A stretch of 64,000 nucleotides of DNA from Pedobacter sp. (GTDB lineage Bacteria > Desulfobacterota > Desulfuromonadia > Desulfuromonadales > Syntrophotaleaceae): positions 18,668 through 82,667 of the forward strand of contig JBFWJC010000007.1 of the NCBI GenBank assembly GCA_050253415.1. The letters run 5' to 3'. The notes beneath the pieces are model-generated. The model was not told the DNA's origin. It saw only the letters and a list, made by a program, of their open reading frames with translations, and ran no database searches. Positions within the stretch are counted from its first letter, which is position 1. Every line of letters begins with the position of its first letter. A program made the translations under genes and the position numbers. This document shows positions 1 through 9,023 of the stretch, one piece after another.

Positions 1-414
1 ACGCATGGCAACCTCAAAACCTGTCTCCCGAAAGTAAGCAAAACGCTTGCGCGCTGCGACCAATAGTTGCGGATCATAAACTTCTACAAAGTCGATAGCC
101 AGATCAAACTGACGAATAAATTCCGCCGAGCAGGGTTTGCCCATAATCAGAACCTTTGCGCCATTCGGATTACGCTCTTCAACCTCGATGATAACAGGCT
201 CGTCCAAGCACTCAACGGCACCGTTGTCGTAGACGTGAGGGATGAACGCTCCTTTTTTCCAGGTCCACATGAAACGATCGAGGGTCACTCCCTGGTTGTC
301 ATCACACACCATAACGACAACCCGCTGACCTTGCATAAAAAAGTCCTCGGCAAAATCGCATAGATGTTTGGCTTTTTCAGGGCGCTTGATCTTAACGAAT
401 TCAACCCGCGTCAT
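1..414 (-). CDS. holC: DNA polymerase III chi subunit (HolC-like); 3' end runs off the window
   Basis: Not in the ORF track because there is no stop inside the window. My translation of the minus strand from the ATG at 414 gives MTRVEFVKIKRPEKAKHLCDFAEDFFMQGQRVVVMVCDDNQGVTLDRFMWTWKKGAFIPHVYDNG...RKRFAYFRETGFEVAMR. It is an open frame to base 1 and fits the chi-family pattern (F-x-PH core, R-x-R-F-x-Y-x-R-x-x-G-F tail). Confidence 0.6.
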   Translation of the reverse strand, partial: MTRVEFVKIKRPEKAKHLCDFAEDFFMQGQRVVVMVCDDNQGVTLDRFMWTWKKGAFIPHVYDNGAVECLDEPVIIEVEERNPNGAKVLIMGKPCSAEFIRQFDLAIDFVEVYDPQLLVAARKRFAYFRETGFEVAMR

Positions 415-453
415 GCTATCGATGCCTTGCATTTATTCAAAACGTTTTCAACT

Positions 454-1005
454 TCAGGCTACTGCCTTACGGGCGTATTCAGCACCACAATCCAAAGCCA
501 GAATGTTCCCAGGAATGAACCCTTTATTACGCTCGGGCAATATACTATCGAGTCCGGACTTCAAACTATCCATAGAAACCACACCGGTATGCGCGGCATA
601 AGCACCAAGAATGACCATGTTTACCAATCGCGCGTTACCGAGTTCAGCTGCCATCTCATTAGCCGGAATAGCAAGCTTTTGAATGTTCGCTTCAAGCTGT
701 GGCACCTCTTCGACAAGGCAGGAGTTATAGATGCAAAGACCGCCCGAGGCAATACGTTTAAAATATTTATCCATGGCAAGCTGATTAAAAAGCAGCATGG
801 AGTCGGGATGCCCCATAACCGGGGAACCGATTTCCTCCCCTGAAACGATCACGGTGCAAGTGGCAGCCCCCCCACGTTTTTCGGGGCCGTAAGCAGGAAA
901 ATAGGTTGCGTTTTTATTTTCCAGAATTGCAGCACACGCCAACAGGTTACCAATGAGCAAAATACCCTGCCCACCATACCCGGCCATAAAAACGTTATCG
1001 CTCAT
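454..1005 (-). CDS. 2-oxoacid:ferredoxin oxidoreductase, gamma subunit
   Basis: ORF track 454..1026 begins at a TTG. I trimmed it to the ATG at 1005 (MSDNVFMAGYGGQGILLIGNLLA...), the typical opening of the gamma family. It is the last gene of a delta-alpha-beta-gamma (OorDABC/KorDABC-like) order. Confidence 0.8.
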   Translation of the reverse strand: MSDNVFMAGYGGQGILLIGNLLACAAILENKNATYFPAYGPEKRGGAATCTVIVSGEEIGSPVMGHPDSMLLFNQLAMDKYFKRIASGGLCIYNSCLVEEVPQLEANIQKLAIPANEMAAELGNARLVNMVILGAYAAHTGVVSMDSLKSGLDSILPERNKGFIPGNILALDCGAEYARKAVA

Positions 1006-1058
1006 TACGTCAAGTCCATTTCGCAAACAGTTTTAAATTTAAAACCAGAAGCCGGATC

Positions 1059-1817
1059 TCACCCTGAAGTCGTGATGTCCTTATAAACGCCTAGCGGGAA
1101 GAAGTCCATCAATTCCTTACCGACACGTTTATTGGCTTCGATCGCGGACATGCCCCAGTTGGTCGGGCATGCACCCAAAACCTCCACAAAGGCAAACCCT
1201 TGTTTTTTGACTTGCATTTCAAAAGCCTTAAGAATCGTGCGTCCAGCCTCCATAACACGCTTAGGAGTATCGACGGCGACCCGGGCAGAGAAAGCCGTTC
1301 CGTCAAGCATGGCAAGCAATTCAGCCATACGAATGGGATGTCCCTCTTTAGCCACATCGCGACCATAAGGTGAAGTCGTGGTGACCTGTCCCGGCAGAGT
1401 CGTTGGAGCCATCTGTCCGCCAGTCATACCGTAGGTCGTGTTGTTAAGAAAAATGACCGTCAGCAACTCACCACGGTTGGCAGCATGAATGATCTCAGCG
1501 GTACCGATAGCTGCCAGGTCACCGTCGCCCTGATAGGTAAAAACAACGCTGTCCGGATGGACGCGTTTCACACCCGTACCAACGGCGGGAGCACGTCCAT
1601 GAGGGGCTTCCACGACATCGATATCGAAGTAGTCATAGAGCAAAACGCTGCAACCGACAGAACCGATACCGATAGTTTGCTGTTGCACATCGAGCAGGTC
1701 GATAGCTTCAGCAACCAGGCGATGCACGGTACCGTGATGACAGCCGGCACAATAGTGAGTAGGGACCTCTTTTAATGACGAGGGGCGCTGAAAAACCGTC
1801 TGGATGTTAGGAGCCAT
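1059..1817 (-). CDS. 2-oxoacid:ferredoxin oxidoreductase, beta (TPP-binding) subunit
   Basis: 252 aa. It has an N-terminal Cys motif (CAGCHHG) and a TPP-binding motif (YQGDGDLAAIG...FLNNTTYGMTGGQ). There is a 2-nt gap to the alpha subunit. Confidence 0.85.
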   Translation of the reverse strand: MAPNIQTVFQRPSSLKEVPTHYCAGCHHGTVHRLVAEAIDLLDVQQQTIGIGSVGCSVLLYDYFDIDVVEAPHGRAPAVGTGVKRVHPDSVVFTYQGDGDLAAIGTAEIIHAANRGELLTVIFLNNTTYGMTGGQMAPTTLPGQVTTTSPYGRDVAKEGHPIRMAELLAMLDGTAFSARVAVDTPKRVMEAGRTILKAFEMQVKKQGFAFVEVLGACPTNWGMSAIEANKRVGKELMDFFPLGVYKDITTSG

Positions 1818-1819
1818 GA

Positions 1820-2887
1820 TCAGTCCTTATAATGCTTGCAGATCTGTGCAAAAATTTCTTCGGGATCAGGCAATGAACCGGTACCGCCAGGACGGCCGTA
1901 AAACCTTACGTCCGCCATAGGATCCACGGAAAGACGAACATCTTCAACCATCTGGCCGTTATTCAACTCAACACAAAGCACCTTTGGTGTTTTTGCCGTT
2001 GCCGTGCGATAAATCTCTGCCGGAAAAGGGAAAACGGTAATTGGCCGGATCAAACCGACTTTAAGCCCTTCCTTACGCGCCATGGCAATAGCTGTCTTAA
2101 CGATACGCGCCGCACCGCCGAAGGCTGTCAGGATCAGCTCGGCATCGTCGAGTCCAACTGCTTCAAAACGGGTTTCGTTTTCTTTGAGTTGCGCGTATTT
2201 GGCATGCAGATGCCAGTTATGCGCTTCCAGTTCCCCATCGGCAAGGTACAAAGACTTAACGGCGTTACCTTTGGCGCGTCCCTGTTTGCCGGTTATGGCC
2301 CAATCTTTGGGGGGCAGATCTTCTGAAAGCTGGTGCGCATGGGGAATGAGTGCTTCTTTCATCTGTCCCAGCATGGCGTCCCCTAACACCATTGCAGGAA
2401 TACGATAACGATCGGCCAGATCGAAGGCCAGCATAGTTAGATCGTATAACTCCTGAACCGAATGAGGGGCAAGAACGATAAGGTGATATCCTCCGTGGCC
2501 CGCTCCTTTAACCGCCTGGAAGTAATCGGCCTGGGACACATCGATTCCTCCAAGACCAGGCCCGGGGCGCTGAATATTAACAATGACGGCCGGCACTTCA
2601 GAGCCTGCCATAAAAGACATACCCTCGGCTTTAAGAGAGATTCCCGGCCCTGACGAAGAGGTCATGACACGCCCGCCTGCAGCTGCTGCCCCTAGCACCA
2701 TATTGATGGCAGCTACTTCGCTCTCGGCCTGAACAAATGTGCCCCCAACCCTGGGCATTTCCCGGGACATAAATTCAGGGATATCATTTTGGGGAGTAAT
2801 GGGATAGCCAAAATAATAGCGGCATCCAGCCTCGATGGCTCCCATGGCAACGGCTTCGTTGCCTTTGACAAATAAACGTTTTTTCAA
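1820..2887 (-). CDS. 2-oxoacid:ferredoxin oxidoreductase, alpha subunit
   Basis: 355 aa. The opening MKKRLFVKGNEAVAMGAIEAGCRYYFGYPITPQ is canonical for alpha subunits of this enzyme family. The operon order resembles 2-oxoglutarate-type OorDABC, but substrate is not decidable from sequence alone. Confidence 0.85.
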   Translation of the reverse strand: MKKRLFVKGNEAVAMGAIEAGCRYYFGYPITPQNDIPEFMSREMPRVGGTFVQAESEVAAINMVLGAAAAGGRVMTSSSGPGISLKAEGMSFMAGSEVPAVIVNIQRPGPGLGGIDVSQADYFQAVKGAGHGGYHLIVLAPHSVQELYDLTMLAFDLADRYRIPAMVLGDAMLGQMKEALIPHAHQLSEDLPPKDWAITGKQGRAKGNAVKSLYLADGELEAHNWHLHAKYAQLKENETRFEAVGLDDAELILTAFGGAARIVKTAIAMARKEGLKVGLIRPITVFPFPAEIYRTATAKTPKVLCVELNNGQMVEDVRLSVDPMADVRFYGRPGGTGSLPDPEEIFAQICKHYKD

Positions 2888-2968
2888 AACAACCTCCTGG
2901 CTGCGTTGAAACAGGTATAAGAAAATTCGGAATTGCGAATGATAATCTGGGGATTTATCAAGACCTGA

Positions 2969-3205
2969 TTAATCGTCAGCCTTGGTAATTTTAAGTGCGA
3001 CATCCGGGCAAACCCGAGCGCACAAGGCACAGGAAATGCACTTTTCCTGGTCGGACGCACCTATTTCCACCAGCGGATACCCCTGTTTATTGAGCTTGTT
3101 GCCAATCTTCAATAATCGTTTGGGGCAGGCTTCAGCGCAAAGTCCACAACCCTTGCAGAACTCTTCATCGATAATAATTTTTTTCACTGACAACACCTTC
3201 TTCAA
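2969..3205 (-). CDS. 4Fe-4S dicluster ferredoxin (delta subunit of the oxidoreductase)
   Basis: 78 aa with two CxxCxxCxxxCP motifs (CKGCGLCAEACP, CISCALCARVCP). It is the first gene of the operon. Confidence 0.8.
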   Translation of the reverse strand: MKKVLSVKKIIIDEEFCKGCGLCAEACPKRLLKIGNKLNKQGYPLVEIGASDQEKCISCALCARVCPDVALKITKADD

Positions 3206-3510
3206 AACGTCCGACAGTTCAATGCGCCTCTATTTACATCGCAGTTGGCGAAACATATCAAATTGCCCGAATTTTGGCAACACTGAATGAAAGTTCCTGC
3301 TTTCTTAACAAATCTGTTTCGCAATCCGCATCGAATATATGTAAAACACGCGCACCTTCAGCGCGTACGCCTCAAATAAACGGGAAACAAATCCATCGAG
3401 TAAAACCATTACCATCAGACCATTTCTGTTTATTTTTACAAAATATGCAAAGCGGGTAAACCTTCCACAACAAAGTGCGTCTATAAAGCCAAACGAAAGG
3501 AGAAATAACC

Positions 3511-3978
3511 ATGAAAAAAAATACGTTCGTCCTTGCTTTATCCGCCGCGACCATAGGTATCGCCTGCCTGGTTGCATCACCAGCCTGGTCCGCCAGTCGC
3601 TACGACCAGTCCCAAATCAAGCAGCAAAAAAGAATCGAACAGGGTGTCCGATCCGGGGAACTTACACGTCACGAATTGGCACGTCTGCAAAATGAGCAGC
3701 GTCAAATCAAACATTTTGCTCACCGAGCCAAAGCTGATGGCCATGTCAATAAGTGGGAACGCAGGCAGCTAGCAAACATGAAGAAACAAGCAAGCAGACA
3801 TATCTACACGGCTAAACATAACCGCATGAACTCCAATTCATGCCGCCACGAATGGAACCAGCACTACGAGGGATATGACAACCGGCCACGCAGAACATCG
3901 TCGAGGCATAACGGATCATTCAGCGGCGCAGTTGTTCAACCCGGCTTATCCGTAGCGTGGAATGTTGGCCTTCACTAA
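3511..3978 (+). CDS. small secreted basic protein, function unknown
   Basis: The SD AAAGGAG lies 8 nt before the ATG. The N-terminal signal peptide is MKKNTFVLALSAATIGIACLVASPAWSA. The remainder is R/K/Q-rich and helical-looking. An intrinsic terminator follows. Confidence 0.6.
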   Translation: MKKNTFVLALSAATIGIACLVASPAWSASRYDQSQIKQQKRIEQGVRSGELTRHELARLQNEQRQIKHFAHRAKADGHVNKWERRQLANMKKQASRHIYTAKHNRMNSNSCRHEWNQHYEGYDNRPRRTSSRHNGSFSGAVVQPGLSVAWNVGLH

Positions 3979-3996
3979 AACCTGCCAGAAACAAAA

Positions 3997-4032
3997 AATG
4001 GCCCGTAGTTAATAGCTGCGGGCCATTTTTTT
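3997..4032 (+). terminator. rho-independent terminator
   Basis: The AATGGCCCG ... CGGGCCATT stem is followed by a T7 run, 19 nt after the stop of the 3511..3978 ORF. Confidence 0.8.
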
Positions 4033-4058
4033 GCCTCCTGCCCGCCTTCCGCTATAAT
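4031..4058 (+). promoter_or_regulatory. candidate sigma-70 promoter for the PPi-PFK gene
   Basis: TTGCCT (4031-4036), a 16-nt spacer, then a perfect TATAAT (4053-4058), about 60 nt upstream of the ATG at 4119. Confidence 0.45.
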
Positions 4059-4118
4059 CTACAAACATATGCCTTACAGGACACTTTCCCAGATCATTAC
4101 CAAAAAAAGGGGCTAATT

Positions 4119-5315
4119 ATGAGCTATCGTGGAACCATCGGAATCCTTACCGGAGGAGGCGATGTCCCAGGTTTGAATCCAGCGATCAGAGCTGTCACAT
4201 TCCGCGCCTTGCGTGAAGGCTACAGGGTCATCGGCATTCGCCGGGGATGGGGAGGCCTGGTAGATTATGAAGCCGATAGTCATACGGATAACAGCGCCCA
4301 TGTACAAATCCTCACCGAGGATATTGTCAATCGGGCGGGCCGTACGGGGGGCACCTTTTTGCATACCTCACGCACCCTGCCCGCGCGTCTTCCGCGCACC
4401 GCCTTGCCAGAACATCTGCGAACGCAATACAACAACGACATTAACGACGTTACCCCTCATATATTACGCGCTATCGAAACGATCGGTATCGATTATCTCA
4501 TCCCTATAGGCGGAGATGATACCTTGAGTTATGCGGAACGATTAAGCCGGGAGGGAGTGCCCGTCGTGGCCATTCCAAAAACCATGGACAACGACGTTAC
4601 CGGCACAGATTACTGTATCGGCTTCAGCACCTGCGTCACCCGCACCATCGAGTTGACCCACACCTTGCGCACGACCGCAGGTTCGCATGAACGGTTGCTG
4701 GTCATTGAAGTATTCGGACGCTATGCAGGATTTACAGCGATGCTGCCGACCGTGGCCGGCGCAGCAGACCGCTGCGTTATCCCTGAACAGCCTTTTGACA
4801 TGGAACATTTGACCAGACTGCTGGTTGAGGATCGCAACCGCCACCCCAGCGCCTATGCGGTAGTTCTGGTGTCCGAAGGTGCGACGATGATTGATGAGGA
4901 AAGCATGTCCTTTGAAAGTCTGGAAAGCGATCAATACGGTCACAGGAAATTAGGAGGCATCGGGGATAAAGTCGCCGCAAGACTTAAGGAATTATCACCT
5001 AAGTTCAATAATGGTAAGCGCATCAACATCGTTAATCAACGACTAGGATATCTTGTACGTTGCGGCAATCCTGATGCCATCGACTCTATCGTGCCTATGG
5101 CTTATGGCAATCTGGCTCTGGATCTAATCCTTGAAAAACGTACGGGGCAGTTGGTTGCACTGCGTAACGGTTGTTATGCGAGCGTACCGATTGACATGGT
5201 GACCAGCCGCAAGAAGATTGTCGCCGTCGACAGGCATTACAACAAAGAACGTCTCAGGCCAAAATACGAAACATTTCGGGATCAGCCCATGTTTATTATG
5301 ACCAGCGAAATTTAA
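4119..5315 (+). CDS. pfp: phosphofructokinase, predicted pyrophosphate-dependent type
   Basis: ORF track 3957..5315 was trimmed to the ATG at 4119, which has the SD AAAGGGG. The opening is MSYRGTIGILTGGGDVPGLNPAIR. It carries GGDDT (Asp where ATP-PFKs have Gly104) and PKTMDND (Lys where E. coli PfkA has Gly124). These two residues are the ones classically associated with PPi use. Confidence 0.75.
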   Translation: MSYRGTIGILTGGGDVPGLNPAIRAVTFRALREGYRVIGIRRGWGGLVDYEADSHTDNSAHVQILTEDIVNRAGRTGGTFLHTSRTLPARLPRTALPEHLRTQYNNDINDVTPHILRAIETIGIDYLIPIGGDDTLSYAERLSREGVPVVAIPKTMDNDVTGTDYCIGFSTCVTRTIELTHTLRTTAGSHERLLVIEVFGRYAGFTAMLPTVAGAADRCVIPEQPFDMEHLTRLLVEDRNRHPSAYAVVLVSEGATMIDEESMSFESLESDQYGHRKLGGIGDKVAARLKELSPKFNNGKRINIVNQRLGYLVRCGNPDAIDSIVPMAYGNLALDLILEKRTGQLVALRNGCYASVPIDMVTSRKKIVAVDRHYNKERLRPKYETFRDQPMFIMTSEI

Positions 5316-5427
5316 AAACTCCGATATCCATCTACAGGATTGTAAATAGTCGATTAAGAAATAGCCGATAGTTTTTCAGCTTACAACCATACTTTCGGAG
5401 TCATATTTTGCCGTTAGTACACCGAGT

Positions 5428-6672
5428 TGCCCACGAAAAGTGGACACCCTCATCAATGAGGTTACTCTAGATTAAGAGTGTCAACATGGCCAAGAAGAGA
5501 ACGAAGTCGTATCCAGAATCCTTCCGCCGCGAGGCCATCAGATTGGCCAATCAGTCGTATAAAACCGCAGCCGATGTGGCCTGGGAGCTGGGAATTCATG
5601 TCGGACAAATTTACAACTGGCGGACTCAGTTCAACAAGTTGTCCAAAAACCAGTTCATCGTGGTGGATGGCACGAATTACTCCAGGGAAGAAATTGCTGA
5701 AATCCGCCGCCTGAAGAAGGAGATCGCCGAGCTCAAAGAGGAGCGCGACTTCTAAAAAAAAAAAGCAACGGCATACTTCGCGAAGGTCGACAAGTAAAGT
5801 ATGCCCTGATAGCATCCTGTCGGCTTGAGTTCAGGGTGACGATGATGTCCGGGTTCGTGCGGTATCACGCTCTGGATTTTATGCCTGGTTGAAAAGATCG
5901 GTCAGCCAACGTGCTCAGCACAAAGCTACCGTCGCTGAGGCGGTTGAACAGACTTATCGTCAGTTCAAAAAACGCTACGGAGCGCCGCACTTGGCGGTTG
6001 AGTTGTCGAAACAGGGGATCGCCTGTAGCCGTAATCATGTAGCAAGGCTGTTGAAGGAACGCGGATTGCGGGCGCGAAACGGCAGAGGGTTTCGCCATTA
6101 CCCCCGCGCCGAGGCCATGACCAACGTCAACGCCAATGTGCTGAACCGGGATTTTACGGAGTCGGCACCCAATGTGAAGTGGGTGTCAGATATTACCTAC
6201 ATCAAAGTCAGCCCGTAAGCTTCCCTGGCAGCAATCCAGGATTTGTATTCACGGCGGGTTGTTGGCTGGGCGTTCGACACGCACATTCGTGAAAGCCTGA
6301 TTCTGGAAGCTCGTGATATGGCGGTATCAGGTCGGGATATTCAGGAAGGGGCCCTGCTGCATACGTATCGAGTTGTTCATTTTCGCGGGCACGAATACGA
6401 GGAAACCTTGAAGATGCGCGGTATTCGCAGCAGCATGAGCCGAAAGGGAACTGCTGGGACAATGCTGTGATGGAGTCGTTCTTCAGTCGCCTGAAGGTGG
6501 AACTCATCTATGCCGAGAACTACAGAACCATCGACGAGACGCGTGCCGGCATCTTTGAATACATCGAGATTTTCTACAACCGAAAACGCCGACATTCGGC
6601 CCTCGGCTATATCATCCCGCAAGCGCATGAGCGGGCATTTGAGCAGTTAACCGTGTCCACGATTCGTGGGTA
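5428..6672 (+). mobile_element. IS3-family insertion sequence, decayed
   Basis: Terminal inverted repeats are TGCCCACGAAAAGTGGACAC (5428-5447) and GTGTCCACGATTCGTGGGTA (6653-6672), 17/20 complementary. There is an HTH orfA, an A11 slippery run at 5754-5764, and fragmented DDE orfB. I could not find a clear target-site duplication. Confidence 0.8.
5486..5755 (+). CDS. IS3-family transposase OrfA (HTH)
   Basis: 89 aa, MAKKRTKSYPESFRREAIRLA...IYNWRTQF...EIAELKEERDF. This is the typical IS3/IS911 OrfA with a leucine-zipper tail, ending in the A-run frameshift site. Confidence 0.8.
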   Translation: MAKKRTKSYPESFRREAIRLANQSYKTAADVAWELGIHVGQIYNWRTQFNKLSKNQFIVVDGTNYSREEIAEIRRLKKEIAELKEERDF

Positions 6673-6673
6673 G
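5765..6673 (+). pseudogene. IS3-family transposase OrfB (DDE), disrupted
   Basis: Recognisable OrfB segments ([69 protein letters not shown]) lie in three frames. There is a frame break near 5850-5870, an in-frame TAA at 6216-6218, and a 1-nt loss in the AAGGGAAAC run near 6445-6452. HTYRVV replaces the expected H-x-D-R-G-S catalytic segment. Confidence 0.75.
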
Positions 6674-6713
6674 GACCATACAAACTACACAGGTTTCCTC
6701 TATATCCGGAACT

Positions 6714-9023
6714 TCACAATACCCCCTCGAGCAGATTCAACCGTTGTCGGGCTTCCTGGTTAGCCGGATTAAGAATAAGCACATCCTGATACACTTTTTT
6801 GGCCTTGAAGGTAATCCCCATTTCCTGATAAATTCGCCCTTTGGCCAGCAAAAAATCAAGGTCCTGAGGATACTTGGAACTAGCCACCATCAAAGTGTCC
6901 AGGGCATCATCGTATTCCTGATATTTTTCAAAAAAACGAGCCAAAGGCAGAAAAATCGACTTGTCGGGATACTCCTCCTGTCTGGCCAGTGCGAGTGATT
7001 TGCGAAAAACGACATTCGCTTTGGTGTTTTCGCCATGTTGTATAAGATATAAACCATAGTCGTGATAACTTCTGGAGAGATCCGGAAGAATTTCCATTCT
7101 ATGCGAATCATCAATACCATGGTTGGCTACTTGTTGAATCCAGAACAGGGTGTCGTCAGGCGAGGACTTTATAAAACTACGGATCAACGCCAGAGCCTTT
7201 GTGAGCTTTTGAGTGTTCACTAACTGCTCAATATAGGCAAGTTGAAATTCACGAGATGACGGATCGCTGTCCAGAGCAGCAAGAATTAGTTTTTCTGCTG
7301 TAACGTAATTTCCGACGCTGAAAAAGTACTGCCCTAGTCCATAAAAGGATCGACCGTCTAGAGGATCCAGACGCATCCCAGCGACAAAATATTTCAAAGC
7401 GCCATACTCATCATTCAAATCCACGGCCTGATATCCTCTAATATATCGATAACGAGGATTCAAAGGATCGAAAAAAGAAGCCAGCGCTATCAGGTCTCGA
7501 GAAGCTTCGCGCGCTTCGGTAGTCTCCGAGACCGAATTCCGCGCTACAGAATATAACTTTCGTCCAACCAAGTCCCCGATGTAAAAATAGCTGAAAAATA
7601 TGACCACAAGGATCGTCAGAATGCTCGTCAGTACCCACCTCAGACGATGAGGCTTGTTTTGAAGAGTTGATTGCACCGAAGATTCCGTAGCTGTCGCAAG
7701 TAGACCGAGTAACATAAAAAGCAGCAAGAAAAAACCACTAAAACCCTGCCCCCCCGTTGAAAAGTAACTGAGGATAAAAGCAAAAAAGCTCCCCATGCCT
7801 GCTGCATATAGATAAACAGAGAGTTTTTGTCGTCGATGCAACCAACGCCGAAAGGTCCAATTAATAAAAGAGAACAGAAACCATCCCGCCAATCCAAATC
7901 CAATCAGCCCCGCTTGACTTGCCAAACGAAAAATGCGCTGAACCGGCGCACCAAGAGCAATATTGTTTTCCTGTGATCGTCGGTAACGTTTGCCGATGGA
8001 GGAAAAAGAACCGTACCCGGCACCAGTTAGAGCAAAATCAGAAACAACCTGCCTTGAAACAAGAATTTCTGAGAATGGTTTCTCTTCCACAGCAGAGGTT
8101 TGTGCCGAGCCAGGTTGATCCGAACCAGCTAAAGGCAAAGAAATGGCCAGAATCAATATCATAAATAGATAGATAAACAAATATGGACTTTCCCGACGGC
8201 CACGACTTCGCAACCCTAAGAATATCAACATCAGGAAAATGGCAATAAAAAGTATTATCAACCCTTCCCACCAGTAGGTTGCCAAGGCCAAAGGAATTGC
8301 AACAGCCGGCAATCCGTAAATGAAATACCTGTGCTGCCCGAATGTAACGAAAAAATCACTTAGACGCTCTTTTAATGTTCCGTATCGAACCGAAGGCCTG
8401 TCTGTCAGAAAAAGAGCCAGCGACAATGGGCAAACCATCACCATGAAGGTTGTTACTATGGCCGTATGCTGCAATGAAAAGGCTAACTGGGTTCCATTAG
8501 GACTCGGGAAAACCAAAAAAACGATATTTATAACCCACAACGCAAGGATACCACCAGCAAGCCCTCCGGCTAGGCCGGCAAGGAAACCAACTGCTACTTT
8601 CAATTGTTTGCGCTGTGCCAATAGATTGGCAGTAACGATATAGGCAGCCCAGTAACTAATCAAATGGAAGAGGCTTTCCAGCGAAGCCTTGGTAGCCAAG
8701 GTTAACGGCAACCAGACTCCCCCCTGGAAAATACCAACGGTCTTCTGATGGATTGTCCACGCATTTGGAGATAAAAGACGCATTAATTGAGGTGGGATGG
8801 GTACAAGTTGTATCAGACCGAAAACGATAAGTGCCAAAAGAGCGTTAGAACCCGCAGGAATATGAATATTCGAGGGATCATGCCGGTGCTCATAATGCAG
8901 AATTAACAACGCAAGAAGTGGAAGCAGGCAAACCAAAAAATCGGACCACCATACATGGAAAAACTCGGAACACGGTGCCCAGAAAAACATCAAAAGAAGA
9001 AGAGAGAAACCGACCCTATTCAT
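6714..9023 (-). CDS. O-antigen ligase/polymerase-like polytopic membrane protein fused to C-terminal TPR repeats
   Basis: ORF track 6714..9158 was trimmed to the ATG at 9023 (MNRVGFSLLLLMFFW...), which overlaps the stop of the upstream phosphatase gene by 8 nt (ATGAATAG). The N-terminal ~480 aa contain many hydrophobic spans. The C-terminal ~290 aa form TPR-like repeats (e.g. YGLGQYFFSVGNYVTAEKLILAALDSDP). Confidence 0.65.
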   Translation of the reverse strand: MNRVGFSLLLLMFFWAPCSEFFHVWWSDFLVCLLPLLALLILHYEHRHDPSNIHIPAGSNALLALIVFGLIQLVPIPPQLMRLLSPNAWTIHQKTVGIFQGGVWLPLTLATKASLESLFHLISYWAAYIVTANLLAQRKQLKVAVGFLAGLAGGLAGGILALWVINIVFLVFPSPNGTQLAFSLQHTAIVTTFMVMVCPLSLALFLTDRPSVRYGTLKERLSDFFVTFGQHRYFIYGLPAVAIPLALATYWWEGLIILFIAIFLMLIFLGLRSRGRRESPYLFIYLFMILILAISLPLAGSDQPGSAQTSAVEEKPFSEILVSRQVVSDFALTGAGYGSFSSIGKRYRRSQENNIALGAPVQRIFRLASQAGLIGFGLAGWFLFSFINWTFRRWLHRRQKLSVYLYAAGMGSFFAFILSYFSTGGQGFSGFFLLLFMLLGLLATATESSVQSTLQNKPHRLRWVLTSILTILVVIFFSYFYIGDLVGRKLYSVARNSVSETTEAREASRDLIALASFFDPLNPRYRYIRGYQAVDLNDEYGALKYFVAGMRLDPLDGRSFYGLGQYFFSVGNYVTAEKLILAALDSDPSSREFQLAYIEQLVNTQKLTKALALIRSFIKSSPDDTLFWIQQVANHGIDDSHRMEILPDLSRSYHDYGLYLIQHGENTKANVVFRKSLALARQEEYPDKSIFLPLARFFEKYQEYDDALDTLMVASSKYPQDLDFLLAKGRIYQEMGITFKAKKVYQDVLILNPANQEARQRLNLLEGVL

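Noticed and set aside
67-843. Plus-strand ORFs 67..363, 364..843 and 368..601.
   Set aside because: They are antisense to the holC-like frame and to the oxidoreductase gamma subunit, both of which carry clear family motifs.
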